Assembly (NCBI GenBank): GCA_030704615.1
Contig: CM060731.1
Span: 14,632,001-14,696,000, forward strand
Reading direction: 5' to 3'
DNA: 64,000 bases
From: Takakia lepidozioides
Lineage: Eukaryota; Plantae; Bryophyta
Below the pieces are notes generated by a model. It was not told where the DNA came from and searched no databases. It saw only the letters and a program-made list of their open reading frames with translations. Every line of letters begins with the position of its first letter. Position 1 is the first letter of the stretch. Positions 49,099 through 63,181 of this stretch are shown here, piece after piece. The position numbers and the translations under genes are program-made.

Positions 49099-52000
49099 AT
49101 GGCAACTTTGAAAGGCAACGTGCCGGGGAGTGAGCTGGTGAGGATGGCAGTGGAGTATGTCATGGTCTGGCCCTTCATGTGCCATGTGGGGTTGGTGCTT
49201 TTCATTGCGTGGATTGCAGCCTCCCTCCGCTGCAATATTTCCATGGTCTTCCTGTTGGGCTTCATATATCTTTACCAGGTGTTGTTCTATTCTTCTCCCA
49301 TTCTTGAGTGATCGGAGGAGATTTGTGTTCTGTCGCTTAGAAGACGTAACTTTTCCAATGGAAATTTTAGCTGAAAGTGTCCAATTCCCGAAAGTGGGCG
49401 GATCCTAAAACGAAACGAGTGCTGTTTGGCTAATCATCGCTGGAAAGAGACGTTCGGGTATTTTGTGATGTGGAAACGTGGTCGGAAGTAGTCTGAAAGG
49501 GAGATTGAAAAAATTTCTGCCCTTTACAACGTTACTGTGATAATGATGGGCTACTTGGAATACTATAAGCAAAGCTTGAACCATGTTGATACAATGAGTT
49601 GCGAAATTTTCCTTGCTGGTGCTACAGCCTTGACGCTTGGGGTTCAAGTCATTGACTGGCATGCAGTTGAGAACTACACCCTCGTCTGCAAGGGGATCTG
49701 CACAGCTGTTTGCCTGAAATCATTGGGGATTTGCTGCCAATTTTTTTGGAGATGTTAGCACTCTAGACTATGGTCATATATCTGTGAAGAACCTACAAGC
49801 ACGGATCCAACGACAATCAGGTTACAGGTTCACTGAATGTCAGTGGAAGGGTTGGCTTTGGCATCATATGAGGAAGCAAAATGTTGATTCCCTGCAGATG
49901 TAACCCTCTATAATATACAGAGGTGACACATGTGATTGCACTCTCAGTCAAACCGTCCTGAGAAATGGCTAGAGAGGAGAACTTAAATATGTCATGGGAA
50001 AGACAGAGATAGAAACAGTTTGATGACGACAAGGGCCATGGGACAAAGTAGAAAAGAAATGAAATGAAATGAAATGGTGCTTTATAACGTCCGCGGAAAG
50101 CTCGTAGAGCTTATGGGACAAAATGGAAGAAAACATGAGAGAGGAACAAATCCAGAAACCACAATTAATGTTCTAGCGATTGTCTAAGGGTGAAGGCCTC
50201 GTGTAGGTAGGCTGCCAAGCATTTTTGATCCTCATAGTGAAAGACATCAGTGAGAGTTTGGGTTCCACTGAATAAACAGTGGAATCTCCCACGGATCTCG
50301 TAGTATAGAGGGCAGTAGAAGAAGAAGTGTTCTTCAGTTTCAATTTCCTTGCTGCGCCCTATGCAAGCTGGACATAGGCGGTCCTCCCGTTGCAGGTTTT
50401 CCCATCTGCCAGTCTCTATCCGTAGGTTGTGGAAACCCACCCTGAACCGCCCCAATGCCCTCAAGAGGGAAGGAGATAAGGGTGCTGAAAGGTAATTTGG
50501 TCTCAAGATTCTATCATCGCGGAGCACCAAGAATGTCTCTCGATAGAAGTGGAGCTTTGTCGTGAGATTGGGTAGCATCCAAGTTCTCTTGACATGTAAT
50601 TCCATAAGCTCTCTCCGAATGAGTCTGTTGCGGTCATGTCTGGATGTGATGTCCACCTCATCTGGGTTCATTGGTAATAGGAAAGCAGTAGAAAGTCCGT
50701 TACGTTGAAATAAACTGTCCACTCGAGCATACCAGGAGTTCCTGAAACCTGCAGCTTTGAGCCTCATAGATGTTGTCAGGGCCCTAGTCACTAGCCCTTT
50801 GGGTGGAAGGGCCTGCAATCTATGGAGAAAGATTGTAAGCCTGAAGAGGGCCTCGGATTGCAATGGTACACATGCGAACTCTGCACCTAGGATCTGAGAT
50901 GGAGTTGTGCTCCTGGCGCCAAGCATTGCTTGGAGAAAAGATGACTGTAATGGTTCCAAATTCTTTTCCCACCAGGAGACAGGGACACCAGGTGCCCAGA
51001 ACTCACAACCATAGATGGTAGCAGGGCTGACGACGGTGTCAAACAGCCACTTTTTGGTCGGGGGATGCCGCAGATGTATTTGCTTGCATTTGGCCTGAAG
51101 GCGGACGGAGGCCGCCTTACCTTTAGTCAACCTGTCCAAGGCAGTGGCTGCAAAGTGAAACTTGGGGGAGTGGATAACCAGACCTAGGTACCGGTATGAT
51201 TTCACAATCTCAATTTCCTGCTGGTTGAAGATGAATCTACGATCAGCCTGGCCATTGAAGACCATGATCTTGGTCTTGCTAAGATTGACCTGCATCCCAT
51301 AGTCTTTGCAGAACTGTTCCAAAATTTTGAGATGGCGTTGCAGAAAGACCGGGGATTGTGCCAAAAGGGCAACATCATCAGCATAGAGGAGATCTGATTG
51401 GGTTGGTCCCCCATCCAATGGGACCCCAACCCCATGGTTTTTTGATATGTAATTCTCCAAGACGTCAATGTAGATCCCGAACAGGGTAGGTGAAAGGGGG
51501 CAGCCCTGTTTGACTCCAATGTTGCTGTGGATCTCGGCTGAGAATTCAACAGCGACGTTGACCATGCCAGTGACAATCTCATACATAGAAGAGATGGCAC
51601 AAAGGATGTCTGGAGGGACTTCCACTCTATGGAGCCGTTGGAAGAGAAGGTCCCGAGGAACTGAATCAAAGGCTTTGTGAAAGTCCACGAAGCAAACATA
51701 GACCATTCTTTTGTCATAGCGTGCACTTTCCACCATAACTTGAAGAGTGAAGATGTGGTCAATAGTGGATCGGTTTCGACGGAAACCAGCCTGTCCCTCA
51801 GCACGAATGCGAGAGTACTCAGCCCAATCATCCAGTTCCATGGCCACTACTGCCCCAAACAGTTTAGCAAGTAATGAGGACACCATGATAGTACGATAGT
51901 TTGTCGGTGCGAGCCTGTCACCGCTCTTAAAAAGTGGGTGGATGATGCTCTTTGTCCACTCTGTTGGGAAGCCCCGTTGCACCACCTCCTTGAAGAGGTT

Positions 52001-55000
52001 AGCTATAAAAGGGGCTAAAGTAGGTGCAGCATGCTTGATGAATTCACTCTGAAGTCCTGAAATGTCCACCGCTCTGCCATTTTGCAGCTTCTTGATTGCC
52101 TTACTGACATTGGCTGTAGTAAAGAGAGAGAAGTGAAGGGGTTTAGAGGTTATAGGAGAAGGAGTTTGGGTTGGGGAATGGTACAAAGACTGTGCATACT
52201 CATGCCAGACATGAATGTCAGTGATTGGGGGGGGATCTCTATGAGGTTTAAGGAGGGACCAAAAAGATCGAGGAGAAAATCTGATTTTAGCAAGGAAAGA
52301 AGATTGCAACTTGATAGTGTAGGCTTGCTTTTTGGATCTAATGAGGGACTTATAGTGCTTAAGAGCAAGATTAGTGGACTCTGGAGAAGAATTGGTATCA
52401 AGTAGTAAAAATTTGATGCGACGTCCAGCAGTCTTGCATTCCTCATCATAAAATGGTGCGTAACGACGAGTGGAGAAGGGTGAGGAGGTAGATGGAAGGG
52501 TGACGGGAAAGGATCGCAGGGCTGAGTCCCAAAGGGCTTGAGTAAGATGTGTAGCCTTGTCGTTAGGAGATGATAGATGTAGAATGGAAGGGAGGGTTGA
52601 CGCTAGGTATGTTTCATACTCGGCGTCGTGTAAGTGAGAGAAAGGGGTATTAAAGTGGATACGTGGGTGTAAGGGAAGAGACGCAGAGGGGATCCTCACG
52701 GGGAGGGAGATGGAAGGAAATGCAAAGAGAAAGACAACGAATTTAAATCTGTGGGAAGGCCAAAGCACCCAAGAGACACAAGAACAAGAACAAATGAACC
52801 ACACAAGAAACAAATCGTAGTACCCAACAACTAAGCGTTGTGTGAAGGTAGAATGCCTCAGAAAGACAGTAAAAAAGAAAATCTGCAATGTCGTGTGTGT
52901 TTGTAACACTGCACGAAGTCCACATTACTGGACATCAGAAGACAATGGTGTATGCAAAGATGCTGAGAATTTATAATATGTCCTTGTCAACATCTGCTGA
53001 TGTTGGTAATACTCAGCCAGTACAGTTTACAAGGGATATTAGTTGTTCATGCATGTGCGGTGGACACTTCAACCAACATTTAGCAGTTTAACTGCTCATA
53101 AATATTGCCTTCAATCTCTTCTTCTCCCCCTCCCTCCAGAGGGACTGACTATAGCATCATATTGGACAATGTTTGGTGCAGATAGAGAAGCGACAAAGAG
53201 AGAGAAACCATCGACGCATACGCCACCAGGAGAGGAAGAATTCAAACAAAATACGGGTATTGTGCCTGCTTTGTGTCAAGCTCCATGTGTACCTCGCGAG
53301 ATGAGAGTGAGATGAATGGTTGTAAAGCTTTTACCACAAGCTTTCATATTGCAAAAAACACTTGGATTGTCCATTGCCATACCTCTCTCAGACACACGTT
53401 GCCAAAACTGCAGTTTGTACAAATTTTTTACACCATGGGCAACTTAGTTCTCAAATATAAGTTCCACAAGGGGAGTGAGCCTTCAACGGCCATAGTGACC
53501 CCATTCCATCTCCTCTTTTTTATCCAATTTTTGTGCTCTGCTCAATCTGGTTGAAGTGTCTATTGCCAGAAGGCCAGGGCATGCAGAGTCCTGTCTGCAG
53601 TCTTACAGGAGGCAAGTAGATAACTCTCTCTGTGCTCATTTCCTTGGTAATGTGGCATGATTAGCTTGAGCAGGGAAGCTGTGGTCAGATTGGAACTTTT
53701 AGCTACCATCTACCATACTCGCAAGAGTAACTTCTAACTATTGAGGCAAATGCAGCTTTCAGAAGGGGAAACGGTTCGGTGGATGAATCAAACCTTGGAG
53801 AGCATCTGGCCAGTCTTCCTGGAAAATTTCGCCTCCCAAATGATCTTGCTCCCTATTTCCCCATGGTTTTTGAACAAATACAAACCTTGGACTGCGGTAC
53901 GAAGTGATTTAGGAGTTTGAAGGCAGTCTCCTTTATGTCGAGGTGTGTCATTTGAATCTGGGATTTGGTGGAGAGTTTGACGTGCATTTCCAAGGCAGCA
54001 CCAATTGTTAGTCTTGTTACGTTTCTTGCTGTCCTTGTAAATTCAATTGCAGCTGGGAATCCCAGCCTCGTCTTTTCCTGTTCATTTTCCGTGCCATTAT
54101 GGTATCTAGCTTTTATTGTGTGCCTAGTGAGCTTAGGCCTGGTATTAAGTTGTCGTAAACTTCTCTACAAGGGTGCCCCTTGGATTTGCTCTTTAAAGTG
54201 GTTTCATCTAGCCTCTGACCACCAGTCCAATGGTCAGGGCACTCAGCCATGATCTTGGTAGTGGACATTTGTTCCAAATGGATGATCAAGACTTTTCACC
54301 TGACCTATTTGTGAAGCCATGTGACATTATCCTCTTAGCCAGGGCAAGGCAGTGCCCACCCAAAATGGGACGCTAGAACCTTCCAAATCTTTAGGTCAAG
54401 AATATGGCACAAGTAGCCCACCAGAATGTACCGAGAGTTTCCTTTACCTTGCAGCTTTCTGTGGGTGGTCTAACCTGAGGTTGTGGTTATTTGGCAGAAA
54501 AAAGTGCTTCTGCAGCACCTCTGTTTGGGGGAGCATCCACCATTATTCACAATGATACGCCCACTGGCGCAGCCGACCGATGGTGATCACGTGGTATCCA
54601 TTTTGCACTTCAATCTGACAGTGAGACGTACTCAATATGGTCTTACTTGCCTATCCTTGTGCCAAATGTCTCGCGTTGAGGGAGAGACTGTACTCATAAG
54701 GCGTTTTTTGCTGTAGCCTCGTGGCCATAGACCCTGCCCATTTGGCGGAGACAATAGTGAACATGCACTACCTTAATAAGGGACTCACTCCTGTAGTGGG
54801 ACTGACCTTGATATAAACAGCATTGAGAGAATGTACTCATAAGATGTTGTTTCCATAGCCTTGCGGCCATAGACCCCATGCCAGTTTGGGTGGAACAAAA
54901 GGGAACAGATACTACCTTTGTGAGGGGCTCACTCCAGTGGTGTGACTTACCTTGATAGAGACAATTAGTTCGGGTTTTAGAAAGCCCTTAACACGAGCAT

Positions 55001-58000
55001 CAACTTGCAGAAAGCTCAAAGAGCTCATGGGACAAGAGAAAGAAAGAAACAAGAAAGAGAGGGCCCCCCCCACAAGCAGCCCAAGGGTTGTCAAGGCAAC
55101 TATTGCTCAAGGGGTTGTCTTAGAGTCAGTGCAGGTAGTCTGCGAAGCATCTCTAATCCTCGTAATGAAAGAAAATTTATTTTGTCAAAAGGTAAGTGCC
55201 TTTGTGCTGGACAGATGGCTGAGACTACAAAATTCACTCTTGGGCAAGGTTGTGTGGTTGACTATGGAGCACTGCCTGCTCTTTGGTTGCTGGGTACCCA
55301 CAAGGGAAGTCCAGGTCATTGAACGTGTACCTGAACTTTGACACAACTGATAGTCCTCTTACACTGCAAAATCCTATGACAAATCAAGAGCAGCATCTGT
55401 TATTAGTTAATTGTCCCTGCAACGGGAGGGTTTGTCATCCTTCCATATGCTCTCGTGAATGCAACAGAGGAGGCTGACAGTTCACACTCTGACCTCAAGA
55501 ACACCTGGGGACACGGATACATTATGTGCACTGTACTTCAAAATCATCTCATGCAGCTCTCCATCCTATAACTGTTAGGCTGGATCTTATGAGTATTTAT
55601 ACTAATGGCCACACTTCTGTGCGCCTGCAGCTTTATTTCCCAGCTTGCGTACCTTCTTCCTGCAAGTTGGCCTTGCTGGCTCAATCTTCATTTGTCTCTT
55701 GCATCAGGCATTGGAGGCAGCTGTGGAGTTTGTGGCAGGCGAGGATATGAATGCTGTGTTAGCGATTCAGATGCATCGCCGCCTTGGCTTTGGGCTCTGG
55801 ACCAGTTTCCATCTGTCTAATTTGCATCTTGAGGGCAGGGTATGTATTTGAAAGCTAGAGTCATGATGAGTTTCTTCAGATCTCTACGACTCGCTATGCC
55901 CATAGAGGTTATGGCAGTACAAAATGTTTGGAGAGAGAGGTCAATGAATGGATCTTTCCCTGTGTTGACACTCCTAATGTTAATAGGTGTCTCATCCCTG
56001 TGTACTCCCTCATGAGAATTAGACTTGTTCTATTATGAGCTTTGTTGGACGATGTGCAAATACACCATTGGAGTTTGGCAACTCGTATAATTACCTCCAA
56101 CTGCTTATCTCAATCCTTGCTAGTTTCGACTGCCTTAGAATCTCCCATCAATAAACTCAGTGGTTTGGGTCTAGCAATGATCTGAGAGTATGAGCACTGG
56201 TCAGGGCCCTGTGTATTTTATCATCTCTCTCGTGATCTCTCAGACACCTCTCTTTTCCCTTCATGAATTGCTGACTCGGTTTTCCTGGTACAGGTGAAAA
56301 TAGGAGTGAAGTTTGCAAAGGGATGGCCAGTCATAGAGAGGATCCGCATCTGCTTTGCCAACGCACCCTTTGTGCGAGTGACTGCCCGCCCGCTCTTTGA
56401 TTATGGTGTTGATGTGACAGAGCTTCCTGGTGTTGCAAACTGGTTGGTATGTCTCTTGGAGCTCATCTCTTTACCTATTGTAGTAAGGCTCCACCATTAT
56501 CTTGTGAGAGTAGATTACAGAATTTGACTGCCCTCCTATACTCTTACGATATCACTAATTGGGAGGTTTAAACCAATCCACTATTAGTTTGTACAATGGT
56601 GAAGTGCGCATGATTGTTTGAGACTTGTAATTTTGTATGTAAATGTATCGATATATATATATGTAGGTTTTCAAGTGTGGAGCTTGATTACCCTGTTCAT
56701 TTCACTCACTTGATGCAGTTATTAACATTTGGTCATTCAAATAGTTTTTAGCTCATGCAGCTTTGGGGTTGGTTTTGACAGGACAAATTAATTGCAGATG
56801 CACTGGAGAAGTCCCTTGTAGAGGTAAGCTTTCATGTCAATTCGCCTCTGTGGAATGCCCTCTCTATTTGAGTTTTTTCAACCCTCCTGTTAAGAGGGAG
56901 ACAGCCAGGACAGGGTATAATTTTGGAGTTCAGCACGGCTTGGCAGAGCTTGGGGACTATCCCCTCTTGAGGCAGTGATAGCAGGGATATGGGGAAGACC
57001 CTCCTCATTTACTCTCCTTCCAGCACTTATCCACCTCGAGCAGATTGCCGTATCCTTATGATGCTGTGATCACAGTATGACATGGTCCTGGATAGTGTGG
57101 TCCAGGGAGAAAATTCACATACCTGCAGGGCCTCACTAATAATGGAGTTGAGGCTTTTTGGAGGAAGTACCCTCCAAGCAGGAAGCAGCAGCCTAAGAGA
57201 TCAAGGAGGTGTTATATCTATGCTACCTGTAGTGCTTTTGTACTGTTTGCATGAGGACAAGTGACTCACATCTAGTGTACTGTAGGCTTTTTGCATGACA
57301 GATCTGGTGTACTGTGTTGTGTAGGGATGGATGGCGAATCAGGTGGGATTATACTAATTGAGTGCTGTGTGATGAGTGCAGCCAAATATGCTTGTTGTGG
57401 ATGTGGAGAAGCTCATGAGCAAGTTGATGTTTCCCAACCCAGTATCACAGCAGCAGCCTAATACACCTTCAAATGGTAAGCAGACAAACCACCTGGAGAG
57501 TGGTCAAGCTAACCACTTTCCAAGGGAAAAATCCCTAGAAAACAGGGCAGAAACCACAAGACACCAGCATGTAGTCTGCACAGGATGAGAACGCCAAGAA
57601 GGAAAAAAACAAAGGCTCATACAATCCTGAGAAGGGGAGGCATCCAAGATTGAAGTTGAAACCAAAATACAACCTTCCCTACCTGACCCAGACTTGTAAT
57701 TAGTTTCACATCCTCCCCCTTCCTATAGAAGATAATACTGTCTTTTCAGAGGCTGCTCATCCCTGGGATTTTGAAGATAGAAAATGCTTACTTGTCGTTT
57801 CATGACAGAGTCGGTCTTCCAACCAGTAGTTGAGATCTGTTTAGTTGTTTCGTAGTTTGTTATGGACTCTTCCTGTGGGTGTTAGAAGTTTTCTTTCTAT
57901 GAAATCCAATGGAGATTCAACTGTCTATTAGTCTCTCACGGAGGTCTTCCATCAGAAATGCTTGGCATCTTAACTGCATGAAGCGTTGACTCTTAGACAA

Positions 58001-61000
58001 TCCCTCGAGCTTTAGTTGCTTTTGGGCTGTTTGTGGCCCCTCGCTCTTTCTTGTTTCTTTCTTCCCCTTCAGCAGTAGTTGCTTTTGGGCTACTTTTTGA
58101 CTTTGGTTTTGTCTCCTCTCTCTTGTTTTTTCACGTTTTGTCCCATAAGCTCTTTGAGCTTTCCGCGGATGTTACAAAGTACCATTTCATTTCATTTCTA
58201 TTCCTCTTGTCCCATAAGCTCTTTGAGCTTCCTGCGGACGTTATAAAGTACCATTTCATTTCACTTCTTACAATCTTTCTGACAAGGTTACAAGCCCTTC
58301 TACCCAATGGGCTAACAGTCTGGGCCCTCAGAACAAAACCGCCGGTTTCAAGACCTCCTGGTATGCTTGGGTCTCTAACATTTTTGGACTCTCCATTGCT
58401 TCCCTACTGCCATGAAATACGGAGGGGGTGGAAATTGCGTCCAAGCAGGATCGCAATAGATGCATCAGACTTATGGAACCTCATGTCAGGCAAACATGGA
58501 AACCAGCCAATCTTTCAACAAAAGTTCTATTGGAAGACATTCTTGGTCCTCCGTGATGATAGAATCTTGCAGCCCATTTACCTGTCTGCAGCCCTATCTC
58601 ACTCTCATCAGGGAGGTTCAGGGTCCACAGCCTGCGGATAGAGACTGGTATGTGTGATAACCTGGAACACCTATGCCCTGCTTGCACTGGGTACAACAAA
58701 AGTGAAGAACATTTTTTTTGTCACTGCCCTTTCTACTATGAGAGCCATGGGAGGTTTTGATTGTCTATTCCGTGGTACCCAATCTCTCACGGAGGTCTTC
58801 CATTACGAGGATCAGAAATGCCTGGCAGCTTACCTGCACGAGGCATTGACTCTTCTACAATCCCTTGAGCAATAGTTGTTTTGGGCTACTTGTGGAGGGC
58901 CCCTCTCTCTTTCTTGTTTCTCGCTTCTCGTCCCATTTGCTCTTTGAGCTTTCTGCGGACGTTATAAAGTACCATTTCATTTCATTTCACTTCGTTCTCC
59001 TTTCTGATTACTAGGGATTGGAAGTTCAAAAGTTTTCTTGAGCGATTGTGAAAACGTGGTATATGATTGTGAGGTGACTTAAAAGCCCTCCACCAGTTGT
59101 GGCGGTTACAGCTCCCAGATTCTTGTAGGGTTGAGCAAGCTTGTGGTCTGACATGATTTTTGGAATTAGGTTTCAACACAACTGTTGATTAGTGAAAGAA
59201 TAAGAAAAGTGAAAACATAGTGTTGATGGGTGCTGCAGCTGATTGGTTTGAGATACATGAGACGCCACCTTTGGCGAAAGTGACTGTGGAAATTTTGGAG
59301 GCATCACAGCTTCGGGCTGCAGATATGAACGGTAAGTTACAGCTGCTTTTCTCAAATCACCTGATCTTGTCAGCTTATGTGGAGATTTGGCTGCATTATT
59401 GAAGCATGTAAATCTCATGGATTAGGCAAACCTGAGAGTACCCTTGTCATGCGGCTCTAGTCCCCCTCACTCAGACTGCCATGGTGATTGAAAACACTAG
59501 GATTTGCTCCTAAAGGATTATTGTTCTGTGCAGAGAATGCCCTCTATCTAAGTGGATCCTTATCTGCTATCTCCATTCTTTAGAGTCCTATCATGGGAAA
59601 CTAGACACTTTGATGGATGTTGAAGAGCAAGGTCAAATGATCTTGTCTCATTATGCCGGTTCAGTTGCAATGTTTAACATTCGACCTTGCAATGAACGCA
59701 TTCGTATGTTGAGAGTAACACCTAATTGGTCATTTGTGGAGTGGCTGATAGTTCATGGATAGCTTTTGGAATTATCCTGTGAAAGTGCCTCAAGAAACCC
59801 AACAGGGTGTTCAAGAATCAATGGAGCTATATGAAGCCAGAAGCAAACACTTTTCGCAAAGCTTTCGATGTTGGACCAACTTTCCGAACGCGATGTTAGA
59901 ACCATGCATGCAGTGATTGCCATTTGAAACAGATAACCCCTGTATTTGAAGAAACAGTGCAACCTTGTGGTCTCCTGTGACCAGATACACTTACTGATGG
60001 TGGCGGGCCTACCATGCAGGATTGTCTGACCCATTTGTGAAGGGTTCACTAGGGGGAAAGAGTTTCAAAACAAAAATTATATGGAAAACACTGGACCCAA
60101 AATGGAATGAGACGTTTCAATTGCCGATCGCCAGCTGGGAACTTCCAAATTTACTGTTTCTGCGTGTGCGGGACAAAGATCGGTTCCATGACGACGAGCT
60201 TGGGTTTCTCTCTCCCTATCATCTCTCTCTATTGTTCTGGCCAAACTGGGTGCGCAGGGTCTATGGCCCACTAGGCTATTGGCAAACAATATTCTATTTA
60301 TCTATTTATCTATCGATGGGCCTGGGTTTGCTGGGATGGGATGCTGGGATCAGTGTGAGTGTGGTTTGGATGTAGTAGTAGTTCTCTTAGGCATCCACAT
60401 CCTAAAGTAGGTATGATTCTTTTTTAGCATCCAACAGGTGGCCCAGTGGTTAGGGTACAAGGCCGCCTTCGTGGGTTCAAAGCCACATAGGCGTATGTTG
60501 GAGTTCACCCATTATATCCCACCCAGCTATAACAGGGGGATCCCAGGTCAACCAGTCACTGAATGTGTGTTTACCTGAGGACTTTCGAGTCTTTGTTATG
60601 GTGTAGAAGGTGTCCACCTTCCAAAGAAAAGGCAGGAGCCCTCTGGGGTGAAGTGACACCATAAGATGCCTGTTTCGGCAAGAGTCTTTCTCTGATTCTT
60701 TTTGCTCTGGCCAGCCTTGCAAGAAGTCCCATGACTTTTGGATACTGCTTTGTTGTCCTGCAGGCATTGTATGGTGCAAGTCAACAATTTCCGAGACGGA
60801 CGTCGCCACGAAGAATGGCTACCCCTCCAAACTGTGAAGACAGGTCGGTTACACCTGGCAATCACTGTGGATGAAACCAAACCAAACTCTTCAAAGACAG
60901 ATGACGGCTGCCAGATATATGCTGATACACATGGCATCCAGGTCAGTCCTAATTGTGTTGAAGTTCATTGCTTTCATGAGCTTCTTGGATTTGCCACTGT

Positions 61001-62633
61001 CACTGGATGGTAGCTATGTCTCACTTGAGGCAATCATGAGACTTGCCTTACTGTAGTTTGGAGGCCATACAGTGTACAGTTTAAACAGAGTGAAAAAAGT
61101 GGAAAAGGTGAAAAGCAGAATGTAGGGGGAGGGGTGCACTCTAGAGAGCTTTGGCAAACTATGAATTGAAAATGACTCCTGTGAAAAGAGAGAATACTGG
61201 CTTGAAGAGGTTCTGACATGATTGCCACTGAATACTGCAAATGAAATTGGTCTGCTACCAATTCAGCTTGTACTAGGGTTCATTTACAAAGATGTTTTTT
61301 TCTAATTCACAGTTCCATTTTCTGATTGTTGCAGCCTACGTCGCAAGAACTCCCAGCTAGTTCTTTACCATCAGCAGGAAAGTCCTCACCAAATCCTTAC
61401 ATGGAAAGGCAGAAAAGTCATTCGCTACTGGCTCAGAATAGTCAGTCCCTTCTCAGCAAAACCTCAACAAGTACACGAGTCGAGGACCAGATAAATCAAC
61501 CCCTTGTTGACAAGAGCTCATCACCTACTCCAGTTGAGATCCAGAAAGAACAAACCATACCTGATGACAGCTCAATCCCTGGTGCGATGCCAGGACAGGA
61601 GAGGGACGCTGTTGCAGGGGTAACGGATCCTGCACCAAAAGATGGAGAACTCTCTGACGAAGAAAGCAGTGATGCAGTTGATGTGGGGATAGGCTCGCCA
61701 GGTTCGATTTGTATTCTGCACCCTCGGAAGGTCGGGCCTTGCTCATGGCCTAGTCAAAAGTGGGGGGGTGCAAAGAAGATAGAAGAGTTAGTGAGAACCG
61801 AGTTATCGGATAACTCAGTTCTCAGATGGACACAAGGAGAGGCTTGTCTTGATGGTGAAGAAGACAGTGGTATTGACAAGCCGAAGTCTGGAGTCCAAAA
61901 GCTCTGGGATAACCGGCCTGGGGTATTACACTGGAACAAACCAGCAGTGGGGAAGAACACTGGTGTCGAGAAGTTAGACGACTGCAGCTTGGACCAGTCC
62001 TCTGATGAAAACTCATCCAAGGAACTTGTCACTGTTGGCCCCAATGGTACAGAAGTGCACCTAAAGCTTGAGAAAATGGTGGAACCAGGTGATGCTGCAG
62101 ACCGGTTGGCAGCAACTGGTTTTCACCCGCACCATGACCCAACAGTTTTGGATGCACAAAACTGGGATCATGACACAATGGGTAGTGAGGGGATCCACGA
62201 GTGTAGCGATGCAATTACCCCAGACAGTCACTTAGATAGTGTCTCTGAATCTCCAAATGCAGGGCAAACAATGAAAAGCAAGGCTAAAGGTTTTCTCAAG
62301 CAAGCTGGAAAAGCTGCACATGCTATGGGGCATACCCTCAGCAGCCGACTAAAACCCAGAAAACTTGCAGATCATCGTGAAGATGGCATTGAATCTGATG
62401 AGTTGACCCAGAGCTCCGGAGAGCTGGATGAAGGGGGTCAACTTGCTGGCACTCGACCAATCATTTCTACTGAAAACCCTACTGAGTGTGGTATAAAGTC
62501 CAGTGAACAAGGGCCTCCAGAGAGTGGAGCTCATGACACATCTCCTATTTTGAGTGGGTTAGGTGGTGCACCCCCTGGAAGACATCCACCTGACCCACCA
62601 GTACACCCGAGTGGAGATATATCAACTAGATAA
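49099..62633 (+). CDS. N-terminal-TM, SMP and C2 domain protein (NTMC2 type 6 / At1g53590-like)
   Basis: 12 phase-consistent GT-AG exons: 49099-49278, 53182-53256, 53756-53896, 54498-54593, 55708-55839, 56294-56446, 56782-56823, 57382-57475, 59239-59331, 60020-60203, 60764-60941, 61335-62633. Motifs ETVRWMNQTLESIWP, PNMLVVDVEK, ADMNGLSDPFVK, KTLDPKWNETF, VRDKDRFHDDELG. Confidence 0.93.
50056..52720 (-). mobile_element. Family B RTE/RTEX-like LINE, 5'-truncated (no endonuclease domain) with an intact RT-to-C-terminus frame, antisense in intron 1 of the C2 gene
   Basis: ORF to 50165: PLFKSGD...NYRTI, QAGFR, FVDFHKAFDSV, GVKQGCPLSP, YADD, CCHC knuckle; (TTTCA)n tail at 50056-50075. The first ~60 codons of the listed 914-aa ORF are flanking sequence. 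Confidence 0.95.
54680..55520 (-). mobile_element. Degenerate family A LINE fragment with two stacked 3' ends
   Basis: Reverse complements of GGGTCTATGGCC(A/G)C.AGGCTA...CTTATGAGTACA at ~54690-54745 and ~54830-54900. QVDARVKGFL resembles QIDACVKGFL of the 778-1944 copy. Confidence 0.75.
57890..58990 (+). mobile_element. Stack of family B LINE 3' fragments and tails in intron 8 of the C2 gene
   Basis: A 3' remnant at ~57910-58030, tails at ~58140-58200 and ~58208-58263, and a deleted fragment 58264-58875 (TFLVLRDDRIL; HYEDQKCLAAYLHEALTLLQSLE) with its tail at ~58930-58990. Confidence 0.88.
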
Positions 62634-63181
62634 TATAACACACGCGGATGCCTCGTTTTCAAGTCTCCCACAACCAGAAGCTGTGAAGCTCAGCTCCATT
62701 ATTCTGGAGCGAGAACTAAGGTGTGATGCCAGTGCTCTCACTCACCAATTTCTCAACCTGTTGACAGAGGGAATGATAGACATTCTTCTACATTTGGATT
62801 CTGAGTTGCAGTGCAGAAACAGACATCTGCTTAGCTCTCTATTCAACACAACTAGATCCTGTCATTCACCTTCTGGACTACAATGAAAAACGGAAGGCAG
62901 TGTAACACAATCCCATGGGGATGACGGCCTTGCCTTAGTCCTGGTTGAATTTCATTTAGTATTTCACCCTCTAATGTCTTTGGGTTAGACAGAGGTTCGT
63001 GATACTAGAATTCCAGAGTGAGGACAGACGACAGTTCTTAAGAGCTATAGCCGACAATAGCAACTCACAGTGTGTTTCCTATGAAGGGCCTTGACCCCTT
63101 ATCTGCATGATGATGCTGGTTATTTGCAGGCCCATCATTCCTAATAGACAGCAGGAAACGGTAGTATTTAGTTGTTCAAAC

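Noticed and set aside
52720-52909. N-terminal hydrophobic extension of the 914-aa LINE ORF
   Set aside because: It is an older LINE 3' remnant and intron sequence that happens to be open in frame, with a non-ATG start.
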